Source: Patescibacteria group bacterium (GTDB taxonomy: Bacteria; Patescibacteriota; JABMPQ01; JAQVVF01). Taken from it: a stretch of DNA of 64,000 nucleotides. Shown piece after piece: positions 36,657 to 45,950 of this stretch (within the stretch, counting starts at the first letter, position 1; each line of letters begins with the position of its first letter). Under the pieces are notes generated by a model that saw only the letters and a program-made list of their open reading frames with translations, did no database searches and was not told the origin of the DNA. The DNA lies in the NCBI GenBank assembly GCA_028699085.1, contig JAQVVF010000001.1, positions 103,883 to 167,882 of the forward strand, read 5' to 3'. A program made the position numbers and the translations under genes.

Positions 36657-39521
36657 ATGAAGCCAAGAAACATGGTTGTCTTTTTGTTTTGTTGTGTGAT
36701 TTTGAGTGGCTGTCTCAAGCCGAACGAAGATTTTTCGAAGAATCTGTGCGATGAAGATGTGCGTTGTTCTGATGGATTTACCTGTATCTGCAACATGGAA
36801 AATCATACCAAGATTTGCGTCAGTGAGTCTGATCTTCCTGAGAACGCTGTTTATGCCAGCAAGGAGACGATCTGCATGATCGAATCCGATGCCGGAGTTG
36901 ATGTCGGAACTGATGTTGAAGCTGATGGCAATGTGCCTGATGCTGAAACTGATGTCCAGACTGATGCTTCGTCTGATGCAGAACAAGATGGAGGCTCGGA
37001 TCTTTCGCCTGACAATGGAACCGATTTGGCTCCTGACTCTGGTGAAGATATCCCTTGTATTCCGTCTACTGAAATCTGCGACCTCAAGGACAACGACTGC
37101 GACGGCGACACTGATGAAGATTTCAACAATCTGAATCAGGCCTGCTCGTCTGGCTTGGGTGAGTGTGAAGCTTCTGGCGTCTACGTTTGTAGCGTCGATG
37201 GCAAGAACACTACTTGCAACGCAGTCGCAGGAATTGCTGTTGCTGAAGAATGTGATGAACTGGACAATGATTGTGACGGCGTTACTGACGAAGAGTTGGT
37301 TGGCTGTTGCGATGAAGACGATGTCCAGGAGTGTGGATCTGATGTTGGTGAATGCCAGAAGGGTCAAATGACTTGTCAGGAAGACGGCAGTTGGGGACAG
37401 TGCGAAAACGCTGTTGCTCCGATTGTTGATCTTTGCGATGACAAGGACAATGATTGCGATGGCAACACCGACGAGGATTTCATTAATCTGAATTCTGCTT
37501 GTCAGATTGGTCAGGGCGCTTGTCTTTCGCATGGCGTTTTTGCTTGTAGCGAAGACAGCCTCACGACCGAATGCAACGCTGAAATCATCCAGCCTTCCGA
37601 AGAGGTATGCGATCAGCAGGATAACAACTGCGATGGCAATACTGATGAAGATTTGGCTGGCTGTTGCATTCCCGATGATCAGGTTGTTTGTGGCTCCAAT
37701 GTTGGCGAATGCCGGCAGGGCCTCAAGACTTGTTCAGCGGAAGGCGTCTGGAGCGAATGTGTCGGCGAAGTCAAGGTTGCAGAAGAGCTTTGTGATAGCA
37801 AGGACAACAACTGCGACGGCTTCATCGATGAAAAGTTCGTTAATCTTCATGCACAGTGCCAGATCGGAATTGGCGAATGCGTATCGACAGGCACAATGAT
37901 TTGCGCAATTGATCAGCAATCGCTGTCTTGCAACGCAGAAGTCAAAGTCGGAAGCGACGAGACCTGTGACAACAAGGACAATGACTGTGATGGTAATACC
38001 GATGAAGAGCTGACGCGTGAATGCGGCTCTGATGTCGGCGAATGCCAGAAGGGCGTGCAGTCTTGTTCCGCTGGTGGCTGGCTTGTCTGCGAAGGCGAGA
38101 TTCAGTCGAGCGACGAGATCTGTGACGGCCAAGATAACAACTGCGACAACAATACTGACGAAGGTTTCAACATTGGCGATCAGTGCTTCAACGGACTTGG
38201 CGAATGCCGGACCGAAGGCGTGATTGCTTGTGTTGATGAAAATCAGAGTGCTTGCAATGCAGTTGCCGGCTCAGCAAGCGAAGAGCTTTGCGATGGCCTG
38301 GATAACGATTGCGACGATTTGATCGATGAAGAGCTGGAAGACTGTTGTGAGCCTGGCACAATTTCTGAGTGCGGTATTGATACTGGGGAATGTGTGAAGG
38401 GAACTTCCACGTGCCTGGCAGACCGCTCTTGGGACTGGTGTTTTGGAGCAACTGGACCTTCCATGGAAGAATGCGATGGCAAGGATAATGACTGCGATGG
38501 CGAAAACGACAATGATCTGATTGGCTGTTGCTCTCCGGGTGTTTCTCGCAATTGCGGTATCGATGAAGGCGAATGCCGAATCGGAACGCAGACTTGCTGG
38601 GAAAATCGGGAATGGGGCGCATGCCAGAATCAGATCTCGCCGACTGATGAGATCTGTGATGGTTTGGACAACAACTGCGATGGTTTCACTGATGAGGACT
38701 TTGACCTCACCTTTGATACCAACAACTGCGGTAGTTGTAACCACATTTGCGGAAATCAGGGGACAGCGAGTTCAATCTGCGAAGCTGGTGAATGCATTCT
38801 GCAATGCAGTCGCTTCCGCTTCGATGTGAATGCTGATCCTGCTGATGGATGTGAATGTGAAGTCACCAACTGCGGAGTGGAAATCTGCGATCAGGTTGAC
38901 AATGACTGCGATGGCGCTGTCGACGAAGACTGCCAGTCGCTGGTCATGTACCTGTCATTTGACAACCATTTCAATGATGGTTCAACGAATGCTAACAATG
39001 CTGTCAACCACGGCGCCACTTTCACTGCGGATGCAGTTTGTGGCCAGGCAGCATCGTTCGACGGAGTCGACGATTATGCTGAAGTGGATAGCGTGAGTAT
39101 GAATAGTATTGGTAATGAGTTTACGTTCTTCGCAACAGTCAAGGTGCGAAGTTTCGAGCTCAATGACAGAATTTTCAATAAATATCTAAACAAGCCAAGT
39201 ATTGGAATTGATTTTTCCGATAATGTTGGAAACTGCTGGAATTTTATGTTGTCTTCAAACAACATTGGTTGTAACAAGGCAGTAGCTGTCCAGACATGGA
39301 TTACCATTGCCGGAAAATATAGTAATGGTAGATTCATTTCTTATGTAAATGGTGAAAAAGATGTAGACGTAAATACTGCCAACATGCTAGGTACAAAAAT
39401 GTACATCGGTGCATCTAGCAATTCTGGAACAAAGAGTGATATGATTATTGATCAACTTGTTTTTTACAACAAGGCATTTTCGGAAGAAGAAATCGTACAT
39501 TATTTTAAAATCCTAAAGTAG
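36657..39521 (+). CDS. 955-aa cysteine-rich repeat lipoprotein: 11 x CD.xDN[DN]CDGxTDE (MopE/putative-metal-binding-like) repeats plus C-terminal LamG (Laminin_G_3/concanavalin-like) domain
   Basis: AAGAGGAGG RBS then ATG 36657; lipobox ILSGC; alternating repeat modules; C-terminal ...AASFDGVDDYAEVDSV...LVFYNKAFSEEEIVHYF typical of LamG_3. Moderately GC-rich (~50%). Confidence 0.75.
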   Translation: MKPRNMVVFLFCCVILSGCLKPNEDFSKNLCDEDVRCSDGFTCICNMENHTKICVSESDLPENAVYASKETICMIESDAGVDVGTDVEADGNVPDAETDVQTDASSDAEQDGGSDLSPDNGTDLAPDSGEDIPCIPSTEICDLKDNDCDGDTDEDFNNLNQACSSGLGECEASGVYVCSVDGKNTTCNAVAGIAVAEECDELDNDCDGVTDEELVGCCDEDDVQECGSDVGECQKGQMTCQEDGSWGQCENAVAPIVDLCDDKDNDCDGNTDEDFINLNSACQIGQGACLSHGVFACSEDSLTTECNAEIIQPSEEVCDQQDNNCDGNTDEDLAGCCIPDDQVVCGSNVGECRQGLKTCSAEGVWSECVGEVKVAEELCDSKDNNCDGFIDEKFVNLHAQCQIGIGECVSTGTMICAIDQQSLSCNAEVKVGSDETCDNKDNDCDGNTDEELTRECGSDVGECQKGVQSCSAGGWLVCEGEIQSSDEICDGQDNNCDNNTDEGFNIGDQCFNGLGECRTEGVIACVDENQSACNAVAGSASEELCDGLDNDCDDLIDEELEDCCEPGTISECGIDTGECVKGTSTCLADRSWDWCFGATGPSMEECDGKDNDCDGENDNDLIGCCSPGVSRNCGIDEGECRIGTQTCWENREWGACQNQISPTDEICDGLDNNCDGFTDEDFDLTFDTNNCGSCNHICGNQGTASSICEAGECILQCSRFRFDVNADPADGCECEVTNCGVEICDQVDNDCDGAVDEDCQSLVMYLSFDNHFNDGSTNANNAVNHGATFTADAVCGQAASFDGVDDYAEVDSVSMNSIGNEFTFFATVKVRSFELNDRIFNKYLNKPSIGIDFSDNVGNCWNFMLSSNNIGCNKAVAVQTWITIAGKYSNGRFISYVNGEKDVDVNTANMLGTKMYIGASSNSGTKSDMIIDQLVFYNKAFSEEEIVHYFKILK

Positions 39522-39530
39522 CACATATAT

Positions 39531-39592
39531 AGACCTTCTAAAAGGTCTTTTTTTTATAACAAAAAACCCTTCAGTATTAGGAAGGGTTTTAA
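39531..39592. terminator. pair of terminator hairpins between convergent genes (second is bidirectional)
   Basis: agaccttctaaaaggtcttttttttt and aaaaacccttc-agtatta-ggaagggtttta. Confidence 0.65.
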
Positions 39593-39608
39593 ATGGACTA
39601 GTTATAAA

Positions 39609-40337
39609 CTAAAAAACGCTTACATAAAATCCAGTTATATTTACACCTACACCAGTTCTATCATAAAAATGCAACTCTACAGAATTCCCTGTTGGCAACG
39701 TTTGTACTTCGGCAAAAGCTGTAGCATCGGCTTTAATTGGCAATGCTTGAAAATACCTATTTGCAACTGAAGAACCAAAATCTACAATGTATACGCCTGT
39801 TGAATCGCCATATGTAACGGTAATAGTAGAATTTGAAAGATAGTTAAAGGAATTTGTAAGAGTTGGGGTTGTAGGGGAAGAAGTATTTACATTAGCAGCT
39901 GCCTTTATAATTCCATTTATCGACATATCAATCTTGTCAGAAGTTACAGCATCATCAGCAATCTTATCAGAAGTTACAGCGCCAGCTCCCAATTTATCAG
40001 CAGTAACAGAACCAGTTCCTAATTTTGAATCAGTCACAACTCCAGTTCCAAGATTATCAGCAGAAACAATATTAGTTCCTTGTAAAATTCCACCTACTAA
40101 AACATTGCCTTGAACTTTCAAATGATCTTTTACATAAACTTTTTTTCCTTTGACAGGATTTCTGATAAAACCTTTTACTAGCAATTGTCCTTTATTGCTA
40201 TTTGTTCCAACTGTTGATGTCTTCTTTACTAATATGGAATCAGTTGTCCATACTGATGCTGCGCTTGCGAAAGCAGTTGTTACTAAAAACGCGCCTCCTA
40301 AAACAAGTGACAACACCAAAAATCTTTTTTGCTTCAT
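39609..40337 (-). CDS. secreted protein with five tandem decapeptide repeats (.VT.DKLG.G), tail-fibre/adhesin-like
   Basis: Signal peptide; IVSADNLGTGV-VTDSKLGTGS-VTADKLGAGA-VTSDKIADDA-VTSDKIDMS. Confidence 0.6.
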   Translation of the reverse strand: MKQKRFLVLSLVLGGAFLVTTAFASAASVWTTDSILVKKTSTVGTNSNKGQLLVKGFIRNPVKGKKVYVKDHLKVQGNVLVGGILQGTNIVSADNLGTGVVTDSKLGTGSVTADKLGAGAVTSDKIADDAVTSDKIDMSINGIIKAAANVNTSSPTTPTLTNSFNYLSNSTITVTYGDSTGVYIVDFGSSVANRYFQALPIKADATAFAEVQTLPTGNSVELHFYDRTGVGVNITGFYVSVF

Positions 40338-40408
40338 TTTGTTTTTCCTTGTCCTCCAAAACTATTTTTCGTAAAAAATAGCTAAGAAGAAAATTAATTA
40401 TTTATAAA

Positions 40409-41059
40409 TTAAGATTTAAGCTTAATAGTTGAAAAAGCTTTTATTTTGCAAAGCTTTTCATATTCCATATCATTAAGTATTCGATGACCTTTTAGAAAAT
40501 CAACTAAAACAATAATTTTCTCATCCAGTTTCCTAATAATTAAAATTAAATCTCCTTTTGTAGAATCAATCTTATTTATTAAAGATTCTTCAAAATTTGC
40601 AATTTTAAGATTTAAATCATTCTTAACAATTTCAAGATCTTTCTTAGAAGCTGTCTCTGAAAAACCTTTTGCAACCATTAATGCAAGTTCAGAAATTTTT
40701 TTGTCTAATTTTTGATCAAAACTTTTTTCTTGATTCTTAAAACCAGCATTTATCTTTTCATCCTGCATTTTAAAACCAGCGTTTATCTTTTCATCCTGCA
40801 TTTTAAAACCAGCGTTTATCTTTTCATCCTGCATTTTAAAACCAGCGTTTATCTTTTCATCCTGCATTTTAAAACCAGTATTCATCTTCTCATCCTGTTC
40901 TTTAAAACCAGCAATCATCTTTTTTTCTAAACTAAAAAAGCGCATGTCATTTTTCTTGAAACCATCATCCATTTTCACAGATAACCTTTCAACTTTTGTG
41001 CCAAGTTTTTCAATCAATTTGACTAAGTCTTTAATCGTAATTTCTTTTTTTGTTTTCAT
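40409..41059 (-). CDS. repeat protein containing perfect 11-aa (33-nt) tandem repeats FKMQDEKINAG, coiled-coil-like
   Basis: Five near-identical 33-nt units in 40735-40930 maintained in-frame. Confidence 0.6.
   Translation of the reverse strand: MKTKKEITIKDLVKLIEKLGTKVERLSVKMDDGFKKNDMRFFSLEKKMIAGFKEQDEKMNTGFKMQDEKINAGFKMQDEKINAGFKMQDEKINAGFKMQDEKINAGFKNQEKSFDQKLDKKISELALMVAKGFSETASKKDLEIVKNDLNLKIANFEESLINKIDSTKGDLILIIRKLDEKIIVLVDFLKGHRILNDMEYEKLCKIKAFSTIKLKS
40735..40930. repeat. 33-nt tandem repeat array (about 5.5 units) inside CDS 40409..41059
   Basis: ttttaaaaccagcgtttatcttttcatcctgca repeated head-to-tail, central copies identical. Confidence 0.85.
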
Positions 41060-41215
41060 TACTAAAAATCAAATTTAACAATAAAATTATAACACATTAT
41101 TTATTTGTCAACAAATTTGTTGTTAATAAATCAAACAACACTTGACAAATATCAATAATTAAAGTACTCTAATTTAAAGCACCTTGCACATAAAAGGAAA
41201 ACAAGGAGGCAAGAA

Positions 41216-42193
41216 ATGAGAAAACAAGCAATCTTGATCATTGCGATTTCATTTTTTCTAGCATCATGTGGAAGAATGTTGATTTATTCTCCTGAAAGAA
41301 TAAAAGCTTATACTTCTGGAAATCCTGGAAAGCCGTATAAAACTTTGGGAAAAGTTGAAGCAACCTATATTCCTTCTGGATTTTCAAAGAAGGTAGCTCC
41401 TGGATTAAAAAGCTATGAAAGAAATCCAGAAAAATACGGCAATGCAGGTACGCACGTCAGATCATATTCTTTAGAAGCGCCACCAGATTTGAAGCCAGAC
41501 TATCAACAAGCAACAAGACTGATGCTCGACCGAGCTTATGATCAGTATGGTGACATTTTGGGAGCAGTCATCAATGTCCGCTATTCAACATCTGTTAAAT
41601 ATTATGCTCAAGGCGGAACTGTTGATACTAATTTGCAAAGAATGCATACAAAAGCAAGAGGTACAGCAATCTGTTTTGTCAATCGTCAGAATCAATGCAT
41701 TATTTATGATGACTCTGAATCAAATACAAAAAAAACTGCCCAAAAAGCTGCTTCATCTGATAATGATTCTTTTATCCAAGTAATAGACGATGAAGATGAA
41801 AGAAAGCCAGCAGTTAGAATCGCTAAACCAGAGAAAGCACTTGTGCCTAACAGCTTGCTTGGTTATCCTTTAAAAGAAGCAAGAACAGATAGCCATTATC
41901 CCAACATTAAAGAATTCAAGAAAGCATACGAATATAACTACGGTAAATTTTTTATCAGAATCATTGAATTCAAAACTGTAATTGGAGCAACGAATTATTT
42001 ATCATTTTTGAGCCAGCAGCCAAAAGCAAAGAAGATCAATACTGGCTTTTTTTGGACAACAGTTCAAGAAGGTTGCAATAAATGCGCAAACTTATCTTTT
42101 CTATTTGATCAAACAAAAGTTATCGCTATTTTTCCTGAAGATCAAACACTTAGTACTGCAGTAAAAGTTTCTCATGCTTTAGAAAAAAAATAA
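41216..42193 (+). CDS. lipoprotein, unknown
   Basis: AAGGAGG RBS; lipobox FFLASC. Confidence 0.55.
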   Translation: MRKQAILIIAISFFLASCGRMLIYSPERIKAYTSGNPGKPYKTLGKVEATYIPSGFSKKVAPGLKSYERNPEKYGNAGTHVRSYSLEAPPDLKPDYQQATRLMLDRAYDQYGDILGAVINVRYSTSVKYYAQGGTVDTNLQRMHTKARGTAICFVNRQNQCIIYDDSESNTKKTAQKAASSDNDSFIQVIDDEDERKPAVRIAKPEKALVPNSLLGYPLKEARTDSHYPNIKEFKKAYEYNYGKFFIRIIEFKTVIGATNYLSFLSQQPKAKKINTGFFWTTVQEGCNKCANLSFLFDQTKVIAIFPEDQTLSTAVKVSHALEKK

Positions 42194-42258
42194 TGTCCTT
42201 TTTTTGAGAAAACAAAAACCGAAAGAAATCTTTCGGCTTTTTTATTTTTGACAAATTT

Positions 42259-42924
42259 TTAAAGAGTTTCAAATAATACTTCTTCAGATAATGCGCCTTT
42301 ATCAGATTTTTTCTTTGTGTTTTGAGCCTGTACTTTAACTTTGTAAACAGTATTAGAATCTAATCCTGATAATGTTAAAGTTTTGCCAGTAACATAATTT
42401 GTTGATATCATCTGGTTATTTCCATCAGTTAATTTTACGATATATTTAAGATTTGATCCTCGGCAAGCATTCCAAGATACAACAGCAGAATTTTCTGTAA
42501 TATCAGTAACTAAAACATTTTTTACTTTTGATGGTTTTGTGCGAAATGTTACATATGAGCTCCATTCACTTGCCAAACTTCCTTTTATGGTTCTAACTGA
42601 TGCATGATAAGTTTTATTAGATAATAACCATTTGCTAGCAACTGTTTTATAATTCATGCTTGATCTAAGATAGCCAATTGTTTTATCATCTTTATCAGCT
42701 AATTTCATTTCGTATTTTGTTGCGTCAGTTATCTCGTCCCAGATAATGTGAGCAGTTGTTGATCTGCGATCTAACACAGACAAATTTGTTGGTACTTCAA
42801 TTGATGTATCAACAGTTACATTCAACGGCTTGTTCTTTTTAACAGTTTTTGCTGATGCATTTAATGCAAATGACAATGAAACAAGAAAACACATTGCCAT
42901 TACAGCGCATAAAATTTTCTTCAT
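42259..42924 (-). CDS. secreted protein with two fibronectin type III-like domains
   Basis: Signal peptide; PTNLSVLDRRSTTAHIIWDEITDATKYEMKL and VKNVLVTDITENSAVVSWNA...YIVKL FN3 patterns. Confidence 0.6.
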   Translation of the reverse strand: MKKILCAVMAMCFLVSLSFALNASAKTVKKNKPLNVTVDTSIEVPTNLSVLDRRSTTAHIIWDEITDATKYEMKLADKDDKTIGYLRSSMNYKTVASKWLLSNKTYHASVRTIKGSLASEWSSYVTFRTKPSKVKNVLVTDITENSAVVSWNACRGSNLKYIVKLTDGNNQMISTNYVTGKTLTLSGLDSNTVYKVKVQAQNTKKKSDKGALSEEVLFETL

Positions 42925-43008
42925 GCTTTTTAAAAATTACTTGTTAGTAATTATATATTAACATATTTTTAAAAATAAAAAAACCGAAAGATTACTTTCG
43001 GTATATTT

Positions 43009-44106
43009 TTACTCCTTTTCAAGCTCCTGATTAATATATCCAGCACCATCACCGCCTGTGAAAACACGAGGCACATTGTCCCAATCCCAATCATAATAAA
43101 AACTTTTGTAACCAGATTTTCGAATTTCTAATCGGAACTGTCGATCAGGTAAATTATTTAAAGTTAATTCGCCAGGATCTCCAGATTTTTCAGATTTCAA
43201 CTCGCCAAGTTTGTTATTATTGACAAATACTTCCGAGCCTTCTTGACCGACAAAAAAAATTTTCCTAACTTTCTCAACAGTTCTCTTTCTAGCCACATAC
43301 TTTTTTAATGTAGGGTTGTAGATATGAAGAACCATAATTAATGAACCGGCAGACGAACTATCAGTAGTCAACAAAGCAGGAAAGCTGCCATCAGTATTTG
43401 CAGGAACATCTTTGATTGTATCTGGATTATCAAAAATTATCGTCGGAGTATTATCAACAATTGACCAAAGATTTGCATTACAGATTGGTCCATTTCCTTG
43501 GCAAGTATCAGTTACTAATAATTCATTGATTCCATCGCCATTCAAATCTTTTTCTTCGCGAACACCGCACTCATCCATAATTGCTTGTTCAGCACAATTC
43601 ATGTGCTTGCATGTGCAAGCCGCTAAAGCAGTTTCTTTCAGCAATCTTTCTAAACTGGTCTTCTGGCTAGTCTTAAAATCCTCCGATTCCGGACAATCAT
43701 CGTCGATCTTTGTTTCGCGCAGTTTGAATCCCTCATCAAAAATTTCATAAGACAAGGACAAACATTCCTGGTAAATACGAACTCCAGGTTTGCGGCCCGC
43801 ATTAGAGTCTCTGTAATTGCCGTCAAGTGCAGAAGCAAAATCTTTGTATGCTTTTTTAGTGCAACTATTCTGAACTGAAACTCTTACTTTGATTTCTACT
43901 TTTTCATTTTTGCTAAGCATATTCAATCGGCTGCTATCAGAAACTACAAAAGTGCAATTCAGATTTCCGGATGAGAATTCTTTAGATGCAGCTTCATAAA
44001 AAAGTTTGATATCTCGCTGAATCTGTTCATCCTTGATTTCTTTTGTGCATCCATAAAAGAAATGTAAACATACAAATGCAAAGACAAACATTGTTCTGCG
44101 TTTCAT
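43009..44106 (-). CDS. lipoprotein with Cys-rich extracytoplasmic domain, unknown
   Basis: GGAGG RBS; lipobox FFYGC. Confidence 0.5.
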   Translation of the reverse strand: MKRRTMFVFAFVCLHFFYGCTKEIKDEQIQRDIKLFYEAASKEFSSGNLNCTFVVSDSSRLNMLSKNEKVEIKVRVSVQNSCTKKAYKDFASALDGNYRDSNAGRKPGVRIYQECLSLSYEIFDEGFKLRETKIDDDCPESEDFKTSQKTSLERLLKETALAACTCKHMNCAEQAIMDECGVREEKDLNGDGINELLVTDTCQGNGPICNANLWSIVDNTPTIIFDNPDTIKDVPANTDGSFPALLTTDSSSAGSLIMVLHIYNPTLKKYVARKRTVEKVRKIFFVGQEGSEVFVNNNKLGELKSEKSGDPGELTLNNLPDRQFRLEIRKSGYKSFYYDWDWDNVPRVFTGGDGAGYINQELEKE

Positions 44107-44236
44107 GGCGTCCTCCTGGTCTCGCGTCCCTTCCCAAAAGGAAGTAAAAATGTAAAAAGAACAACAATATAATTTACTTTAAATCATAATTATTGTCAAA
44201 TAAAAAAACCGAAATAAATTCGGCTTAGAACAAAAA

Positions 44237-45847
44237 TTATAAACAAATTCTTAACGGTACCCTTCCAAAAGATTGATCAAAGCTTTTGCATGTTGTTCCA
44301 ACAGGACATTCGGAAAATAAATTGCAATTATCACATGACACTCCCAAATCTTGATCTCGATCTTTTTCTTCAAAACAAGTTTCAGTGCAAATTCCAGAGA
44401 TGCAAAACAAATCAAAATCACAATCAGAACTGACAACGCAATTTTTTCCAATTCCATGATTTGGCAAATACATTTCATGAGTCGCTTTTTTCACAGCTTC
44501 CAAAACATTAATTCTTCTCCAATTATGAGAAACACCATCAGGATAAGTAACAAGAATTTCGGTTGCTGATTCATAGATAATCTTTCTAATTTCATCAGGA
44601 TTTAATTCCGGCCTGATTTGTTTTAGCAAGCCAGCCAGTCCGGAAACTAAAGGCGCTGCAAAAGAAGTACCTTCACCAATTGCAAATGAATTATCAATTC
44701 CTAATAATCTTAAATCCTTACCAGGTGCAGCCAAAGTCAAGATATCAGGATCATCATTTTGAGAAAAACCAGACCAATTAGTTCGATTCTCAAGTCCATA
44801 TTCATCGTAACCAGTTGCGCCAACAGAAATTACATTAGAAAAAGCAGAAGGAAAATGATTTGTAGCATCAATACCAGTATTGCCAGAAGATGCAACCATA
44901 ACAACATTATGCGCATAGGCATAATTTACTGCAATTTCAAGAAAACCTATGTCAGAAGGATTGACAAAAACCTGAAAACTCATATTTATTACTGAAGCAT
45001 CCTTTTTCACAGCATAAATTATTCCGGCAACTACATTTCTTAAAAAAGTTTTATTGTCAAATTTATTCGAATCAGGAAATAGTTTGAGTGCAATCAGATT
45101 TGCATTAAAAGCAATTCCACTCAATCCGAAGCCATTATTTTGAGCAACTATTACTCCAGCAGTAGCAGTTCCATGTCCTTTATCATCACTATCAAGATTT
45201 TCAACAGAAACATCATTATCAATATCGCCAAAATCAAAAGATTCATAATCTAATCCAGAAAACTCTTGATGATCTAAATCAAAACCATTATCTAGAACAG
45301 CAATTTTTACTTGATGAAGAGTAATGCTATTTTGTTCAATAAAATGGTAAGCTTCGGCGAGCTTGATTATCTCAAATCCCCATAAACCATTTTCATTGCT
45401 ACTTTCAATGTCCAAACTTTCAAGCTTAGCAACATAATTCTTTTCCGCCAATTCAACAATTCCACTAGCAAGCAAGGTGCTGATACTTTCTTCAATTTCT
45501 TCAGCAGAATTAAATTCGAACTTTAATTCAAAAATATTCACATCTGGAATAAAAGCTGAAATTTTTGCGCCGATCTCATCCAAAGTTATTTGAATATTAG
45601 ACAAACTAACATTATCCTTAAATTTAACGAGTGCAGTATTTCCAGAAATAATATTGCCCTCAATATCTAATGAGACATTTTCAATATCAATGGGCGACAA
45701 TAAAAAATCATTTTCAAATTCGGAAATTTCAGTTACGCAATATCTTTGTCTGCATAATTCTTTTGCTTTTTCAAAATATGAAGAGTTTTCATTGTTAGAG
45801 CAGCCAAAAAGTAGAATACAGAATAAAGCAATTCTTTTTACATACAT
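44237..45847 (-). CDS. subtilisin-like serine protease (S8) lipoprotein with C-terminal Cys-rich domain
   Basis: Start set at MYVKRIALFCILLFGC (AAGGAGG RBS at 45850-45856, rc); catalytic triad contexts VLDNGFDLDH, HGTATAGVI, GTSFAAPLVSG. Confidence 0.8.
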   Translation of the reverse strand: MYVKRIALFCILLFGCSNNENSSYFEKAKELCRQRYCVTEISEFENDFLLSPIDIENVSLDIEGNIISGNTALVKFKDNVSLSNIQITLDEIGAKISAFIPDVNIFELKFEFNSAEEIEESISTLLASGIVELAEKNYVAKLESLDIESSNENGLWGFEIIKLAEAYHFIEQNSITLHQVKIAVLDNGFDLDHQEFSGLDYESFDFGDIDNDVSVENLDSDDKGHGTATAGVIVAQNNGFGLSGIAFNANLIALKLFPDSNKFDNKTFLRNVVAGIIYAVKKDASVINMSFQVFVNPSDIGFLEIAVNYAYAHNVVMVASSGNTGIDATNHFPSAFSNVISVGATGYDEYGLENRTNWSGFSQNDDPDILTLAAPGKDLRLLGIDNSFAIGEGTSFAAPLVSGLAGLLKQIRPELNPDEIRKIIYESATEILVTYPDGVSHNWRRINVLEAVKKATHEMYLPNHGIGKNCVVSSDCDFDLFCISGICTETCFEEKDRDQDLGVSCDNCNLFSECPVGTTCKSFDQSFGRVPLRICL

Positions 45848-45950
45848 TCTGCCTCCTTGTTTTTTGTAATTTTTAAAGAACATGTCAAATTGACAACTCT
45901 ATTTTATAATAATAAAATAACTATGTAAAAAGCCTTCTTTTGGCTTAATT

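Noticed and set aside
36573-38744. Multiple minus-strand and alternate-frame ORFs (36573-, 37507+, 37734-, 38188-, 38271- and others) inside the 36657..39521 gene
   Set aside because: They lie inside a single long, repeat-structured ORF with RBS and lipobox. The moderately GC-rich repetitive DNA yields spurious frames.
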